NCBI GenBank assembly: GCA_050740315.1
Contig: JBOIDC010000006.1
Coordinates: 2,596 to 66,595 of the forward strand
Direction of reading: 5' to 3'
Source of the DNA: Gammaproteobacteria bacterium
Lineage (GTDB): Bacteria; Pseudomonadota; Gammaproteobacteria; JACCYU01
Length of the DNA stretch: 64,000 nucleotides
In this document: positions 51,354 to 61,007 of the stretch, in pieces
Layout: each line of letters begins with the position of its first letter
How positions within the stretch are numbered: the stretch's first letter is position 1
Made by a program: the position numbers and the translations under genes
Notes under the pieces: model-generated
Told to the model about the DNA's origin: nothing
The model's input: only the letters and a program-made list of their open reading frames with translations
Database searches by the model: none

Positions 51354-52337
51354 TTACCCGTTTCTTATTGCCCATGACGACAGCGACTTTCGGCGCTCGC
51401 GAGGCGAGATTCCGAATCTCCGCCGGAAGCTGCGGCTGAAATGGGCGACATCGCTGAACCCCCAGGTGAAAGCGATTTCCGTAATGCTTTGGTTGCCGGT
51501 GCTTGGGTCGCCAAGCGCCCGCTCACACGCGTCGAGTCGCCGCGCCCAGATCCAGCGGTCGAGCGTGGTTGCCTCCGGCTGGAATACCTTGTGCAGGTAG
51601 CTAGGAGACAATCCAAGATCGCGGGCGATCGTGCTGACCTTAAGCTCGGGGTCGTCAAGGTGCGCGATCACGTAAGCCTTGATACGCGCCACTTGTTTAT
51701 CGCTCGATCTCGCAGCCGGGAGATCCATATCGCGCAGGGCGCGCAATTCGCCGACAAGCACGCCCAGTAGGCCATCCGCGATATCCAACGCGACGCCAGG
51801 ATGCCACGATCCGCCCTCATCGCAAACGGTATGCACCATCTGCAGCAACATCCGGGCCGGCCCGTCCGCAGCCGGAGCCGTTATTGCCGTAAGTGTCTCG
51901 CAGCCTCTTAACCGCGAGGCCAATGTCGGACGCGGTATTCTAAGTGTGATCAGCTGGTAATCCTCGTCCATTACCAGCTCGTAGGGGCGCGTGCTGTCAG
52001 AAAGCACGAACTCGCCCGGATTCACAATCGCTTCGCGCCCATCCTGATGTAAACGGGAAACGCCTTTGAGTTGAAGGCAGACGAGAAAGAAATCCTCGGC
52101 TGACCTGGCGATCTGCCGGCGCGAACGCGTGATTCGCTTAGCAAAGTGTGCCACGGCGAGAACCTGGGTCAGTGAAAGCATCGCGAGGTCCCGATGCAGT
52201 ATCGAGCCCGTAAATTCGTCGCGGTTGAAGATGCGGAAATCCAGTTCGACCAACCGATCGCTAGCGGCCTCTTTCCAAGCCGCCAAGCGCTGACCCGGCG
52301 GCACGTTTAGGGTGGAAAATCTCTCGGCGCATCCCAT
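51354..52337 (-). CDS. AraC-family transcriptional regulator
   Basis: C-terminal AraC HTH (ITEIAFTWGFSDVAHFSRSFRRRFGISP). Divergent from the ABC transporter operon. Confidence 0.75.
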   Translation of the reverse strand: MGCAERFSTLNVPPGQRLAAWKEAASDRLVELDFRIFNRDEFTGSILHRDLAMLSLTQVLAVAHFAKRITRSRRQIARSAEDFFLVCLQLKGVSRLHQDGREAIVNPGEFVLSDSTRPYELVMDEDYQLITLRIPRPTLASRLRGCETLTAITAPAADGPARMLLQMVHTVCDEGGSWHPGVALDIADGLLGVLVGELRALRDMDLPAARSSDKQVARIKAYVIAHLDDPELKVSTIARDLGLSPSYLHKVFQPEATTLDRWIWARRLDACERALGDPSTGNQSITEIAFTWGFSDVAHFSRSFRRRFGISPRERRKSLSSWAIRNG

Positions 52338-52510
52338 GTTTTCTCCTTGAGCAAAGTGGACTCTCGATCAACGATTGATTCACTACCGAACAAGAACGTT
52401 CGGTGGCTGCCGTTTACGCTAGGGCCTGTTTCTGGGGCATGGTTTATACCATCGCATGCACAACTCGTGATCTCGGCCTTTCCCAAAAATTATCCAATTT
52501 ACTTACGGCG

Positions 52511-53584
52511 ATGGCAAACCGCTTGAGAAGGAGGCAACTGCTTGTTGCTAGACCCCGTGGCGGTGTAGTAGAAGGCACTCCACCCACTGGCCGTCGGACG
52601 TCTGTCTTGCGCATTCGGGAAGGGTTTGCACGCTTCGGTCAAGAACAAACCGTCGTGCTGATCGCCGTGATGCTGGCAGTTGTTTTCGCCATCATGCTGC
52701 CCGATTTCGTCTCTTGGGGCAACGCCATGGCGCTGTTCCGCAGCGTGTCCGTCTTGGGCGTGCTCGCGCTCGGTATGGCTTTAGTCATGATCGGCCGCGG
52801 CATCGATCTATCGCAGGTCGCGATCGCCCTGGTCTCCGCGGGAACTGCCGTCAGCTTAATGATCAATGGTATCGCCATGCCCATCGCGCTTCTTGCAGGA
52901 TTTGCGACCGCGCTCGGCTCAGGCACGCTCAATGGCGCCATCATCGCGTATCTCGAGGTGCCTCCGCTATTAACGACCCTGGCGAGCGCATTCCTCTTTA
53001 TCGGTATTGCCCGCGTGTGGCTGTTTGATTCAGCAATCATCAGTGTTCCGGCAGACAGCGCGGCCATTCTAGCGCTCGGGCAGCAATGGCTGGGTGCGCC
53101 CGTTCCGCTGATTGTCTTCATCGTGTGCGCGCTCGTTGTGCACCTGTTCTTGTCGCGCACGGTGCCCGGACGCTTCATCTACGCCCATGGCGACAACGCA
53201 GAGGCTGCCCGACTGTCCGGGCTTCCGGTGCATGGCATTACCCTGCTCGAATACAGCATGTCCGCCATCATTGGCTACGTCGCCGGTCTGCTCATGATCG
53301 CTTCGACTGCAATGGTCGACCTAAACACCGCCAACTCAACCTTGATCTTCGAAGTGATTCTGGTCGTGATCCTGGGCGGCGTAAGCCTCGCAGGCGCGCG
53401 TGGAAGCGTCGGGAGTGTACTGGCGGGCACGCTGCTGATCGGTGTGCTGCTGAACGGCATGATCCTGATGGACTTGAGTTATCAGCTCCAGAACATCATC
53501 ACGGGCGGCGTGCTCTTGATCGCAATCGTGTTGGACAGCTGGCTTCATCCGCGTGATGAAGAGACAGCTCGGCAAGGCGATTAG
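52511..53584 (+). CDS. sugar ABC transporter permease (CUT2/RbsC-like)
   Basis: About 10 TM segments with the RbsC-type pattern. Start uncertain; listed ORF begins at 52403. Confidence 0.65.
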   Translation: MANRLRRRQLLVARPRGGVVEGTPPTGRRTSVLRIREGFARFGQEQTVVLIAVMLAVVFAIMLPDFVSWGNAMALFRSVSVLGVLALGMALVMIGRGIDLSQVAIALVSAGTAVSLMINGIAMPIALLAGFATALGSGTLNGAIIAYLEVPPLLTTLASAFLFIGIARVWLFDSAIISVPADSAAILALGQQWLGAPVPLIVFIVCALVVHLFLSRTVPGRFIYAHGDNAEAARLSGLPVHGITLLEYSMSAIIGYVAGLLMIASTAMVDLNTANSTLIFEVILVVILGGVSLAGARGSVGSVLAGTLLIGVLLNGMILMDLSYQLQNIITGGVLLIAIVLDSWLHPRDEETARQGD

Positions 53585-53624
53585 TGTTATGGGTTGCTCT
53601 TCCAATTAAGAAACAGGAGATTCC

Positions 53625-54629
53625 ATGAGAATCAAAAAGTCAGTCAAGTCCCTCGTGCTGGCGGCCACAGCGACGTTGTCCGCAGTGGCACTCGCTCAGC
53701 CGGATCCGCGCGCCCAGATACCGATCGACTTCGACAATGCGATCAAAAGAAAGACCGTTGCCTGGGTTCCGCTCACCCTCAGCACCCCGCTTGGCATCAT
53801 ATGGACTGACGTCATGCGCCAGAACTTCGAGAAGTACGGCATCGAATTCATCGTCCGTGACCCGAATTTCGACACGGACGCCCAACTGCAGGCGGTCACC
53901 TCGCTAATCAACGAAAAGCCCGATGTCCTGGTCGTGCAGAACGCTAATGTATCCCTGCTCACCAGAGAGCTGAAGCGGGCGATGGACGAGGGCATCTTTG
54001 TGATACAGGTGAACATGATGTCGAATCAGACGTCGGACGCGTACGTCGGTGTGGATAACGTCGACAGTGGCCGGATCATCGCCACGGACATCGTGGCCGA
54101 ATGCGGCGGGGGCAAGAGCTCCGGCAAGGTGGCGCTCGTGGCGGGCGAGCCGACCTCCGCGGGCAGCCTCGAGCAGCTCAAGGGAGCGATGGAGGTGTTC
54201 GATGCCAATGATTCGATCGAGGTGGTCTCGACCCAGGCGGCGAACTGGGACAGCAACAAGGCTTACCAAATCACCGCGACCGTCCTCCAGCAGCATCCGG
54301 ACCTCTGCGCGACCTATGGCTTCTGGGGTGTCATGCAGCAGGGTGCGGCCCGCGCGGTCGAGGCGGCGGGGCTTGAAGGCAAGGTCAAGGTGTATGCGTC
54401 CAGCGGCGGGGTCAGCTCGGATTGCGACATGGTCGAGCAGGGGCTTTTCCACAAAGTCCTGTCATATCGGGCAGATTTCCAGGGTCAGCAAATCACGGAT
54501 GCCGTCCTCACCCTTTTGCAAGGCGACGATGAGCCCGGCACAAAGAACCTCGTCTACCTCTCCAACAACTACTGGGTCGAGAACGAAGCGGATCGCAGCT
54601 ATTGCTACGACCTTCCGGCGTCTAATTAG
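53625..54629 (+). CDS. sugar ABC transporter periplasmic substrate-binding protein (RbsB-like)
   Basis: Signal peptide MRIKKSVKSLVLAATATLSAVALAQ. Periplasmic-binding-protein type I fold pattern. Confidence 0.7.
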   Translation: MRIKKSVKSLVLAATATLSAVALAQPDPRAQIPIDFDNAIKRKTVAWVPLTLSTPLGIIWTDVMRQNFEKYGIEFIVRDPNFDTDAQLQAVTSLINEKPDVLVVQNANVSLLTRELKRAMDEGIFVIQVNMMSNQTSDAYVGVDNVDSGRIIATDIVAECGGGKSSGKVALVAGEPTSAGSLEQLKGAMEVFDANDSIEVVSTQAANWDSNKAYQITATVLQQHPDLCATYGFWGVMQQGAARAVEAAGLEGKVKVYASSGGVSSDCDMVEQGLFHKVLSYRADFQGQQITDAVLTLLQGDDEPGTKNLVYLSNNYWVENEADRSYCYDLPASN

Positions 54630-55061
54630 AGATCCAGATCGGCCCAAACCCATGAGCAGTCTTGCAAGCGGTGATGGCGTATTTCGGGGTGCAATACATC
54701 CATCGAAGCCATTTTCGATCCTTACTCGCGCCGCCTGCTCACCCAAACAGCCGGCTCGCAAGGGTGGGCATTGCCCGCCAAAGGTAAGGATTGGTCAATG
54801 GGATTTGAGTTACCACGGCTCGGGCGGTGCGCTGGATGTGCGGACTTGTATGCCGGGCAAGAGGCGCCCTTATCCAAAGGAGGCACCAGGATTGCTCGAT
54901 GATGGGGCAGTCCGCCGCTCACCTTAGAGATCTGTACCTGCAAACTATGCGAGTCACGGCTAACGATCTCGAGACCTTCGTGCGATTGGCCGATAATCCT
55001 ACGTCTTGGGCCGTCTACCATGCCACCGTTCGAGTTAAGGCACGGAAGCCAAAGAAGGCAC

Positions 55062-56042
55062 ATGTCACTTAAGGCGGAGTTGCTCGCAATGCGTTGGCTG
55101 AAGCCTGCCGTACCCTTTCTCGTGATGTGCCTTCTGTTCGGCGTATTTGCGCTCGAGGTGCCGAATTACTTGAGCATTGTCAACCTGCAGCAACTCACGC
55201 GCGACTTCGCCGAGCCGGGCCTGGTGGCGATCGCCATGGCCATCGTGGTTCTCGCGGGCGGTATCGATCTCTCGGTGGGGGCGACGTTCGCGCTTGCCAA
55301 CTTCGCGGCGCTTTACCTGTTTAGGATCCACGGCCTGCCGCTGGAGGCCGCGGTGCTCGGCACATTGGCCGTCGGACTGGTGATCGGCGCGATCAACGGC
55401 TTTCTCGTGGCCTATGTCAATGCCCGGCCCTTCCTCACGACCTTGGCGATGCTGCTGATTCTGCGCGCGAGCTACGACATGGTGACGAACGCGTACGTCC
55501 TTGAGATCGCCGGCGCGATGCACACGAGCCGCACTTGGGATTTCTTAGGCATGGGAACGATGCTCGGTATCCCGGTGAACATGGCCGCGCTCATCGTCGT
55601 CGGGTCGCTGGCGTATTTATTCCTCACTCGCGTTCGCCCCGGGTTGCACATCATGGCCGTCGGCGCCAGCCGCAAGGCGGCGCGCCACGCCGGCATTGAC
55701 GTGCAGCGTACGTTGTTCCTTGCCTATGTTCTCAGTGGGCTCGTTACGGCACTGGCCGGATTGTTCTACGCCGCGCGCCAGAACAGCGCCGGTTCCGACG
55801 CAGGAGAAGGCTGGGAGCTCACCGCGCTGACGGCCGTCATCGTGGGCGGCATAAGCCTCGCCGGCGGTCGTGGCACCATCGTTGGCGCGATCATTGGCGC
55901 GGCGATACTATTCATTCTTTCAAGCGGACTGTTGCGCATGAACGTGCCAGGCGATCTGACCTCAGCGCTCATCGGCTTGATCCTGCTTGTGGCTGTAGCT
56001 ATTACCCTCCAGCGAGTAAAGAACAAAGGCGCGGCCCATTGA
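55062..56042 (+). CDS. sugar ABC transporter permease (second, RbsC-like)
   Basis: Multi-TM permease pattern; overlaps the ATPase gene start. Confidence 0.65.
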   Translation: MSLKAELLAMRWLKPAVPFLVMCLLFGVFALEVPNYLSIVNLQQLTRDFAEPGLVAIAMAIVVLAGGIDLSVGATFALANFAALYLFRIHGLPLEAAVLGTLAVGLVIGAINGFLVAYVNARPFLTTLAMLLILRASYDMVTNAYVLEIAGAMHTSRTWDFLGMGTMLGIPVNMAALIVVGSLAYLFLTRVRPGLHIMAVGASRKAARHAGIDVQRTLFLAYVLSGLVTALAGLFYAARQNSAGSDAGEGWELTALTAVIVGGISLAGGRGTIVGAIIGAAILFILSSGLLRMNVPGDLTSALIGLILLVAVAITLQRVKNKGAAH

Positions 56043-57583
56043 AATCATCCGTTGAGGCAGCGGCATGCGCAACGCGCGAAGGTGCACCGATCTTGCGTAT
56101 TACGGGCGGCAGCAAAAGGTATGGCGGTACTCATGTTCTTGACAATGTTGATTTCGAGATTTATGCCGGAGAAGTCCACGCGCTCCTGGGCGAGAATGGC
56201 GCGGGGAAGTCGACCTTGGCCAAGATCATCGCTGGGGCAGTACGCTTAAGCTGCGGCAGCTTGACCATCAGCGGAGAGGTAAAGCATTTCCGCTCACCGG
56301 CTGACTCCTTGAGCGCCGGTGTAGCGATGGTCTATCAGGAAACCAGCTTGATCCCGACGATGACCGTCGCACAGAACCTGCAGTTGGGGCATGAGCCGTG
56401 GATCAATCGCTCATCCTCGATCAACGACCGCGCACGGCGAATACTTCAATCGTTGCACTTCAACGTCGATCCGCGCGCGGTGGTCGAAAAGCTAAGCCTG
56501 GCACAACGCCAGATGGTCGAAATCGCGCGCGCCGTCCAGTCGAATGCTCGCGTGATTATCTTCGACGAGCCAACCGCCAGTCTGTCACCCGCGGAACGCC
56601 GACGATTCTTCGGCCTGCTGTGCACGCTGCGCAAGCGGGGCTTAGGGTTAGTGTTCATAACCCACGCGCTGGAAGAGGCACTAAAGGTCTCGGATCGGAT
56701 CACCGTGTTACGCGATGGCAAACGCCTGACGTGCGCGCCAGTCGCAGCGTTCGACCGTCCGACATTGGTCCGGCTGACGGTCGGACGCGACTTCGTAAAC
56801 ACGCGCCACACAACGCAGGGAGGTACACGCGGCGAGAAGGTGCTGGCGGTTGAAAGCGTGACCATGGGTACGTTGGTGAAGAACATGTCTTTCTCGCTCT
56901 ACGCGGGGGAGGTCGTCGGTATCACCGGGCTCATCGGTTCCGGCCGTAGCGAGATCGCCAAGATTGTCGCCGGCGTGTTCCAGCGCGATCGCGTGCGTGG
57001 AGGAATGATCTGTCTGCGCGGCAGGCCGGTCCGTTACCGAACACCGGCCCGGGCCATTCGCGATGGTATCGTCTACATCACCGAGGAACGCAAACTCAAT
57101 GGATTCTTCGAGACGATGACTGCCGACGATAACATCTATCTTGGCTCGCTGACGGCCCACCGTGGTTGGCGCTTCCTGTATTCGCGCACGGCGCGAAAAC
57201 GGATTAGCGATTACTGGATCGAGAAGCTGTCGATCAAATCCTCGGACCGCAGGCTCAAGCTCAACGGATATTCTGGCGGTAATCAGCAAAAAACCGTGTT
57301 GGCTAAGGCACTCGTACAGGAACCGCAAATTGTTTTTTTTGACGAGCCCACCCGCGGTGTCGACGTCGGAGCCATTCCGCAGATCCACGAGATCATTCGG
57401 ATGCTCGCGCGCGAGGGCAAGGCCGTGGTAGTGATATCGTCCTACCTGCCCGAAATTCTTAGCGTCTCCGATCGGATTTTGGTGGCGCGAAAAGGGCGCA
57501 TCGTCGAGGAATTCGATGCGGCATCGGCGACCGAAGACAAGGTCATGCACGCTGCGACTTACTGCGCCTCAGGCTTGATGTAA
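56039..57583 (+). CDS. sugar ABC transporter ATP-binding protein (tandem NBDs)
   Basis: Two Walker A sites (GENGAGKST; GLIGSGRS), two signature motifs (LSLAQRQM; YSGGNQQK), Walker B. Confidence 0.8.
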   Translation: MKSSVEAAACATREGAPILRITGGSKRYGGTHVLDNVDFEIYAGEVHALLGENGAGKSTLAKIIAGAVRLSCGSLTISGEVKHFRSPADSLSAGVAMVYQETSLIPTMTVAQNLQLGHEPWINRSSSINDRARRILQSLHFNVDPRAVVEKLSLAQRQMVEIARAVQSNARVIIFDEPTASLSPAERRRFFGLLCTLRKRGLGLVFITHALEEALKVSDRITVLRDGKRLTCAPVAAFDRPTLVRLTVGRDFVNTRHTTQGGTRGEKVLAVESVTMGTLVKNMSFSLYAGEVVGITGLIGSGRSEIAKIVAGVFQRDRVRGGMICLRGRPVRYRTPARAIRDGIVYITEERKLNGFFETMTADDNIYLGSLTAHRGWRFLYSRTARKRISDYWIEKLSIKSSDRRLKLNGYSGGNQQKTVLAKALVQEPQIVFFDEPTRGVDVGAIPQIHEIIRMLAREGKAVVVISSYLPEILSVSDRILVARKGRIVEEFDAASATEDKVMHAATYCASGLM

Positions 57584-57871
57584 CGCATACAATCGCCCCC
57601 CGATTCGCGACGCAGCCTGCCCAAGCCACGCCAGACAGTGCCGCCGCTGCTTTTCATTCAACCAGCCCGTTGCGTGTGTGCCGGGCAAGACACGAAGCCC
57701 CGGCTACCGACTGACAAAGTCGCCTTTGACAATCATGATGCCGTGCATAAAAATCCGGCAACTACACTGGGGAAGCGAGCGGCGAGTCATTTTGGATGTG
57801 CATCTTCTCCGCGTCTTAAGCAGTGGCACATTGGGGCGCCGAATCAGTAATTGCGTCCTTGATGTTTACCA

Positions 57872-58501
57872 ATGGAACAAGATCCCAATCAAAAAGCAGG
57901 GCTTCCCCTCCGAATCTTCCGTTGCGAGGCGAGTACGGAGTACGCGAAGCGCGTTATGGCGTTAGCCGAGATCAACTTCTCGTTGCAGTGCCTCAGCCGT
58001 CTCCGGGAGATGAATCAATGCGTGGATAGTGACCCGCTTTTACGCGAGGCATTATGGAACGCGGCGATTGTGAGGCTATTTAGTGTGTTTGATGGGCCAA
58101 ATGCCCTCAAGCTCAATCTTCTCAATGAAATGCCTGAGGGAGCTCACGAAGCATTTCAGTTCTTTCTCAATTACAGAAACAAACACATTGCACATAAAGT
58201 TAATCCAATTGATCAAGTGAAAGCAGGCGTGATCTTGAGCGACCCTACCGAAACAGAACGACGGGTTTTGGGTGTCGGTAATCTCGGAACGCAGGACGCT
58301 TCTTTTGCTGATCCAACTTTCGTGAGCAGCCTTGGAGACTTCGCGGCCGCCCTATCGAGGCGGGTTTGCATTGAAGCTAAGCTGTGGATCGAACGCACGC
58401 TTGATGAAGCTAAATCGAGGGATATCGATGAACTGTACAGACTCCGCTCATTGCGCGTAGTAGTCCGAAATAGCGGACATCTTAAGAATAGTGGAACCTA
58501 A
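57872..58501 (+). CDS. hypothetical protein, low-GC orphan with a candidate HEPN Rx5H motif
   Basis: 209-aa ORF in a locally AT-rich segment. NYRNKHIAH fits Rx4-6H. Start uncertain; alternatives at 57956 and 58003. Confidence 0.45.
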   Translation: MEQDPNQKAGLPLRIFRCEASTEYAKRVMALAEINFSLQCLSRLREMNQCVDSDPLLREALWNAAIVRLFSVFDGPNALKLNLLNEMPEGAHEAFQFFLNYRNKHIAHKVNPIDQVKAGVILSDPTETERRVLGVGNLGTQDASFADPTFVSSLGDFAAALSRRVCIEAKLWIERTLDEAKSRDIDELYRLRSLRVVVRNSGHLKNSGT

Positions 58502-58642
58502 TATTCCGCTGCAGCCGATCGCCCGGGGAACCTTCGCTTTGCACAAGCATCTGTGGCCGGCAGCGGCTGAACTTGGTTGGTTGGGCGCGGGATCGGACAA
58601 TCTGCCTTGAAATCGCGGACATGAAGCCATAGGAATCAACGA

Positions 58643-59815
58643 GTGGCCGCACTTCGACCTTACGGGTGCCGCGAGGATCCGGCCGCGCCGCTGGGCCCGC
58701 TGGCGCCGGACCTTACGCGGGCCACGACCTTTGCGTACCCGACCGCCGAAGAAGTCCGCGCCGTTGGCGCCGGCGAACTGCCCGGCGAGTTCTACCCCCG
58801 TTACGGCCACCCTGCCGGCCGCCTCTTCGAACAGAAGGTCGCCGAACTCGAAGGCGCCGACGGCGCCGTGTCTTTCGGCTCAGGCATGGCGGCGCTCCAC
58901 GGCGTCTTTTGTGGCCTCTTGCAGAAAGGGGATGTCATCGCCGTCAGCCGCCATGTTTACGGCGGCGTCGAGGGGCTCGTCGCGAAGGACCTTCCACGCT
59001 TTGGCATCGAGGTGCGTCGCTTCGACCCATTCGACGAACGCTCACTGGAGCAAGCCGTCGCAGGAACCGTAAGGCTGATCCATGTCGAGACGCCGACCAA
59101 CCCACTGTGCCGGGTCGTCGATCTGAAGCGAATCGCCGCCGCAGCTCGCCGGTGCGGCGCCTGGCTGTCTGTGGATGCGACCTTTCTCCCGCCGCCATTC
59201 CAGCGCCCTGTGACTCACGGGGCCGATCTCGTGATGCACAGCGCCACGAAGATCATCGGCGGCCATTCGGATGCTCAGGCCGGGATCGTTTCCAGCCGTC
59301 ACGAACTACTGGAGCGACTCGAGGCATTCCGTCGCCGCACCGGGGCTGTTCTGGCGCCTGATACAGCGTGGCTACTGGTTCGTTCACTCGCAACACTCGA
59401 TTTACGCGCGCGCAAGGCGACGGAAAACGCTTCGAAGGCGGCGCATTTTCTCGAAGAGCGGCGCGGTAACGGCGGCAGAGTGGCGCGCGTTCACTATCCG
59501 GGACTGGCTCAGCATCCCGACCACCACATAGCACGCCAGTACATGGAAACGTTCGGCTTTGTGCTCGCCTTCGAGGTTGCGGGCGGCCTGCCCGTCGCCG
59601 TGGAAGTCTACAATCGATTGCGCGTCATCGCGCGCGCCGTATCCTTGGGCGGCGTCGAAACATTGGCCTCCATTCCGCTCCATACCTCGCATGCGACGAT
59701 GTCCGCTGACGAGCGGCAAAGCGTGGGCATTGCCGATGGCCTCATTCGACTCTCGTTCGGGATCGAGCCGTATGAGGTGCTGGCCGCCGATCTCGCAGCC
59801 GCATTGAATGCATGA
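58643..59815 (+). CDS. Cys/Met-metabolism PLP-dependent enzyme (cystathionine gamma-synthase/lyase family)
   Basis: PLP-lysine region SATKIIGGHSD. Overall trans-sulfuration enzyme pattern. Start uncertain. Confidence 0.7.
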   Translation: MAALRPYGCREDPAAPLGPLAPDLTRATTFAYPTAEEVRAVGAGELPGEFYPRYGHPAGRLFEQKVAELEGADGAVSFGSGMAALHGVFCGLLQKGDVIAVSRHVYGGVEGLVAKDLPRFGIEVRRFDPFDERSLEQAVAGTVRLIHVETPTNPLCRVVDLKRIAAAARRCGAWLSVDATFLPPPFQRPVTHGADLVMHSATKIIGGHSDAQAGIVSSRHELLERLEAFRRRTGAVLAPDTAWLLVRSLATLDLRARKATENASKAAHFLEERRGNGGRVARVHYPGLAQHPDHHIARQYMETFGFVLAFEVAGGLPVAVEVYNRLRVIARAVSLGGVETLASIPLHTSHATMSADERQSVGIADGLIRLSFGIEPYEVLAADLAAALNA

Positions 59816-59898
59816 ATGGCCGTTGGCGGACTCAGCGGTCGAGCACGACGCATCGATCGTGTGCCTGACCGCGATTGGGCCGCGGAAGGATGGGAATT

Positions 59899-60369
59899 AT
59901 GGAACGAACCATTACGGGATTTGGGCGTGACGACGAGGGCGACTGGGTTGCGATCCTGAGTTGCGGCCATCCGCAGCACGTACGACACAGGCCGCCGTTC
60001 ATCAACCGGCCCTGGGTGACGACCGAGCCGGGTCGCAATAGTAAGTTGGGCGCGACGCTCAATTGCGTGCGATGCGATCGATTCGAGCTGCCGGCAAGCT
60101 TCATCCCGTACAAGCGAACACCTGTCTTTACCGAGGAATCCGTCCCTGCGGGACTGAAGAAAGATCACTCAACAAAAGCCGGCGTCTGGGCAAAAATCGT
60201 CGTCATAGAGGGCACACTTCGATATCGGGTAGACGCGCTGCAAACGGACGTGAATCTCTCTCAGAACAAACCTGGCATTGTTGTGCCCGAAGTCGCCCAC
60301 AGTGTGGAACCTTTGGGAATGGTCCGTTTTTTCGTCGAGTTCTACAGGCCGCCGGGCGAGGCCGCTTGA
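59899..60369 (+). CDS. DUF3565 + DUF1971 (tellurite-resistance-related) domain protein
   Basis: ITGFGRDDEGDWVAILSCGHPQHVRHRPPFINRPWV (DUF3565-like) and the C-terminal VWAKIVVIEGTLRY...VRFFVEFY region; assignment from memory of these families. Confidence 0.45.
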   Translation: MERTITGFGRDDEGDWVAILSCGHPQHVRHRPPFINRPWVTTEPGRNSKLGATLNCVRCDRFELPASFIPYKRTPVFTEESVPAGLKKDHSTKAGVWAKIVVIEGTLRYRVDALQTDVNLSQNKPGIVVPEVAHSVEPLGMVRFFVEFYRPPGEAA

Positions 60370-60521
60370 CAGCAGACTATTTGTATACTAACGCACGGAT
60401 TGAAAGGCTAGTCCACATGTTCTCTGATCCGAGCGATATCAAAAAGTAACGAGGCGGAACCGGATGTGGCAAATGGCACTTAACAAACGAGTGCACCAGT
60501 GTTTACGGGTATACTCTTGTC

Positions 60522-60737
60522 ATGATCAATGAATTCACAGCAATTTTCGAGCGCGATGGCGAGTGGTATATCGCCTACTGCCCAGAGATTCCAGGCGCCA
60601 ACGGTCAGGGCCGGACGAAAGAAGAAGCCCGGGAAAGCCTCGCCGCGGCCATCGCACTGATTTTGAATGACCGCAGGGAAGACGCGCTTCGAGGTCTCCC
60701 CGCTGACGCTGAGCAGGACATGGTGCGAGTTGGGTGA
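60522..60737 (+). CDS. hicB: HicB-family antitoxin
   Basis: MINEFTAIFERDGEWYIAYCPEIPGANGQGRTKEEARESLAAAIALIL is the HicB/UPF0150 RNase-H-like fold. Confidence 0.75.
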   Translation: MINEFTAIFERDGEWYIAYCPEIPGANGQGRTKEEARESLAAAIALILNDRREDALRGLPADAEQDMVRVG

Positions 60738-60916
60738 AGCGAGGCGTTCTGCTTCGGCACCTTCGGCGCAACGGCTGTTATCTTAAGCGCGAAGGCACCT
60801 CGCATTCTCTCTGGTGCAATCCGGCGACGGGGTCAGTTGAGGCCGTGCCTCCTCGCGAAAAAAATACGTCGTCGACTGTCTGTGGCCGAGATTGGCGGAT
60901 GAACGCACCTGATTAA
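60734..60916 (+). CDS. hicA: HicA-family mRNA interferase toxin
   Basis: LLRHLRRNGCYLKREGTSHSLWCNPATGSVEAVPP matches HicA (dsRBD-like). ATGA-coupled to hicB. A7 tract near the 3' end. Confidence 0.7.
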   Translation: MKRGVLLRHLRRNGCYLKREGTSHSLWCNPATGSVEAVPPREKNTSSTVCGRDWRMNAPD

Positions 60917-61007
60917 GACCCGCGAATCCGGCAATGCGCCTCCACAACTGGGAAGCGCGCCGCGAACGCGTTAGCCGTTTAAGCACCCTAAAATAAATCG
61001 GACACTC

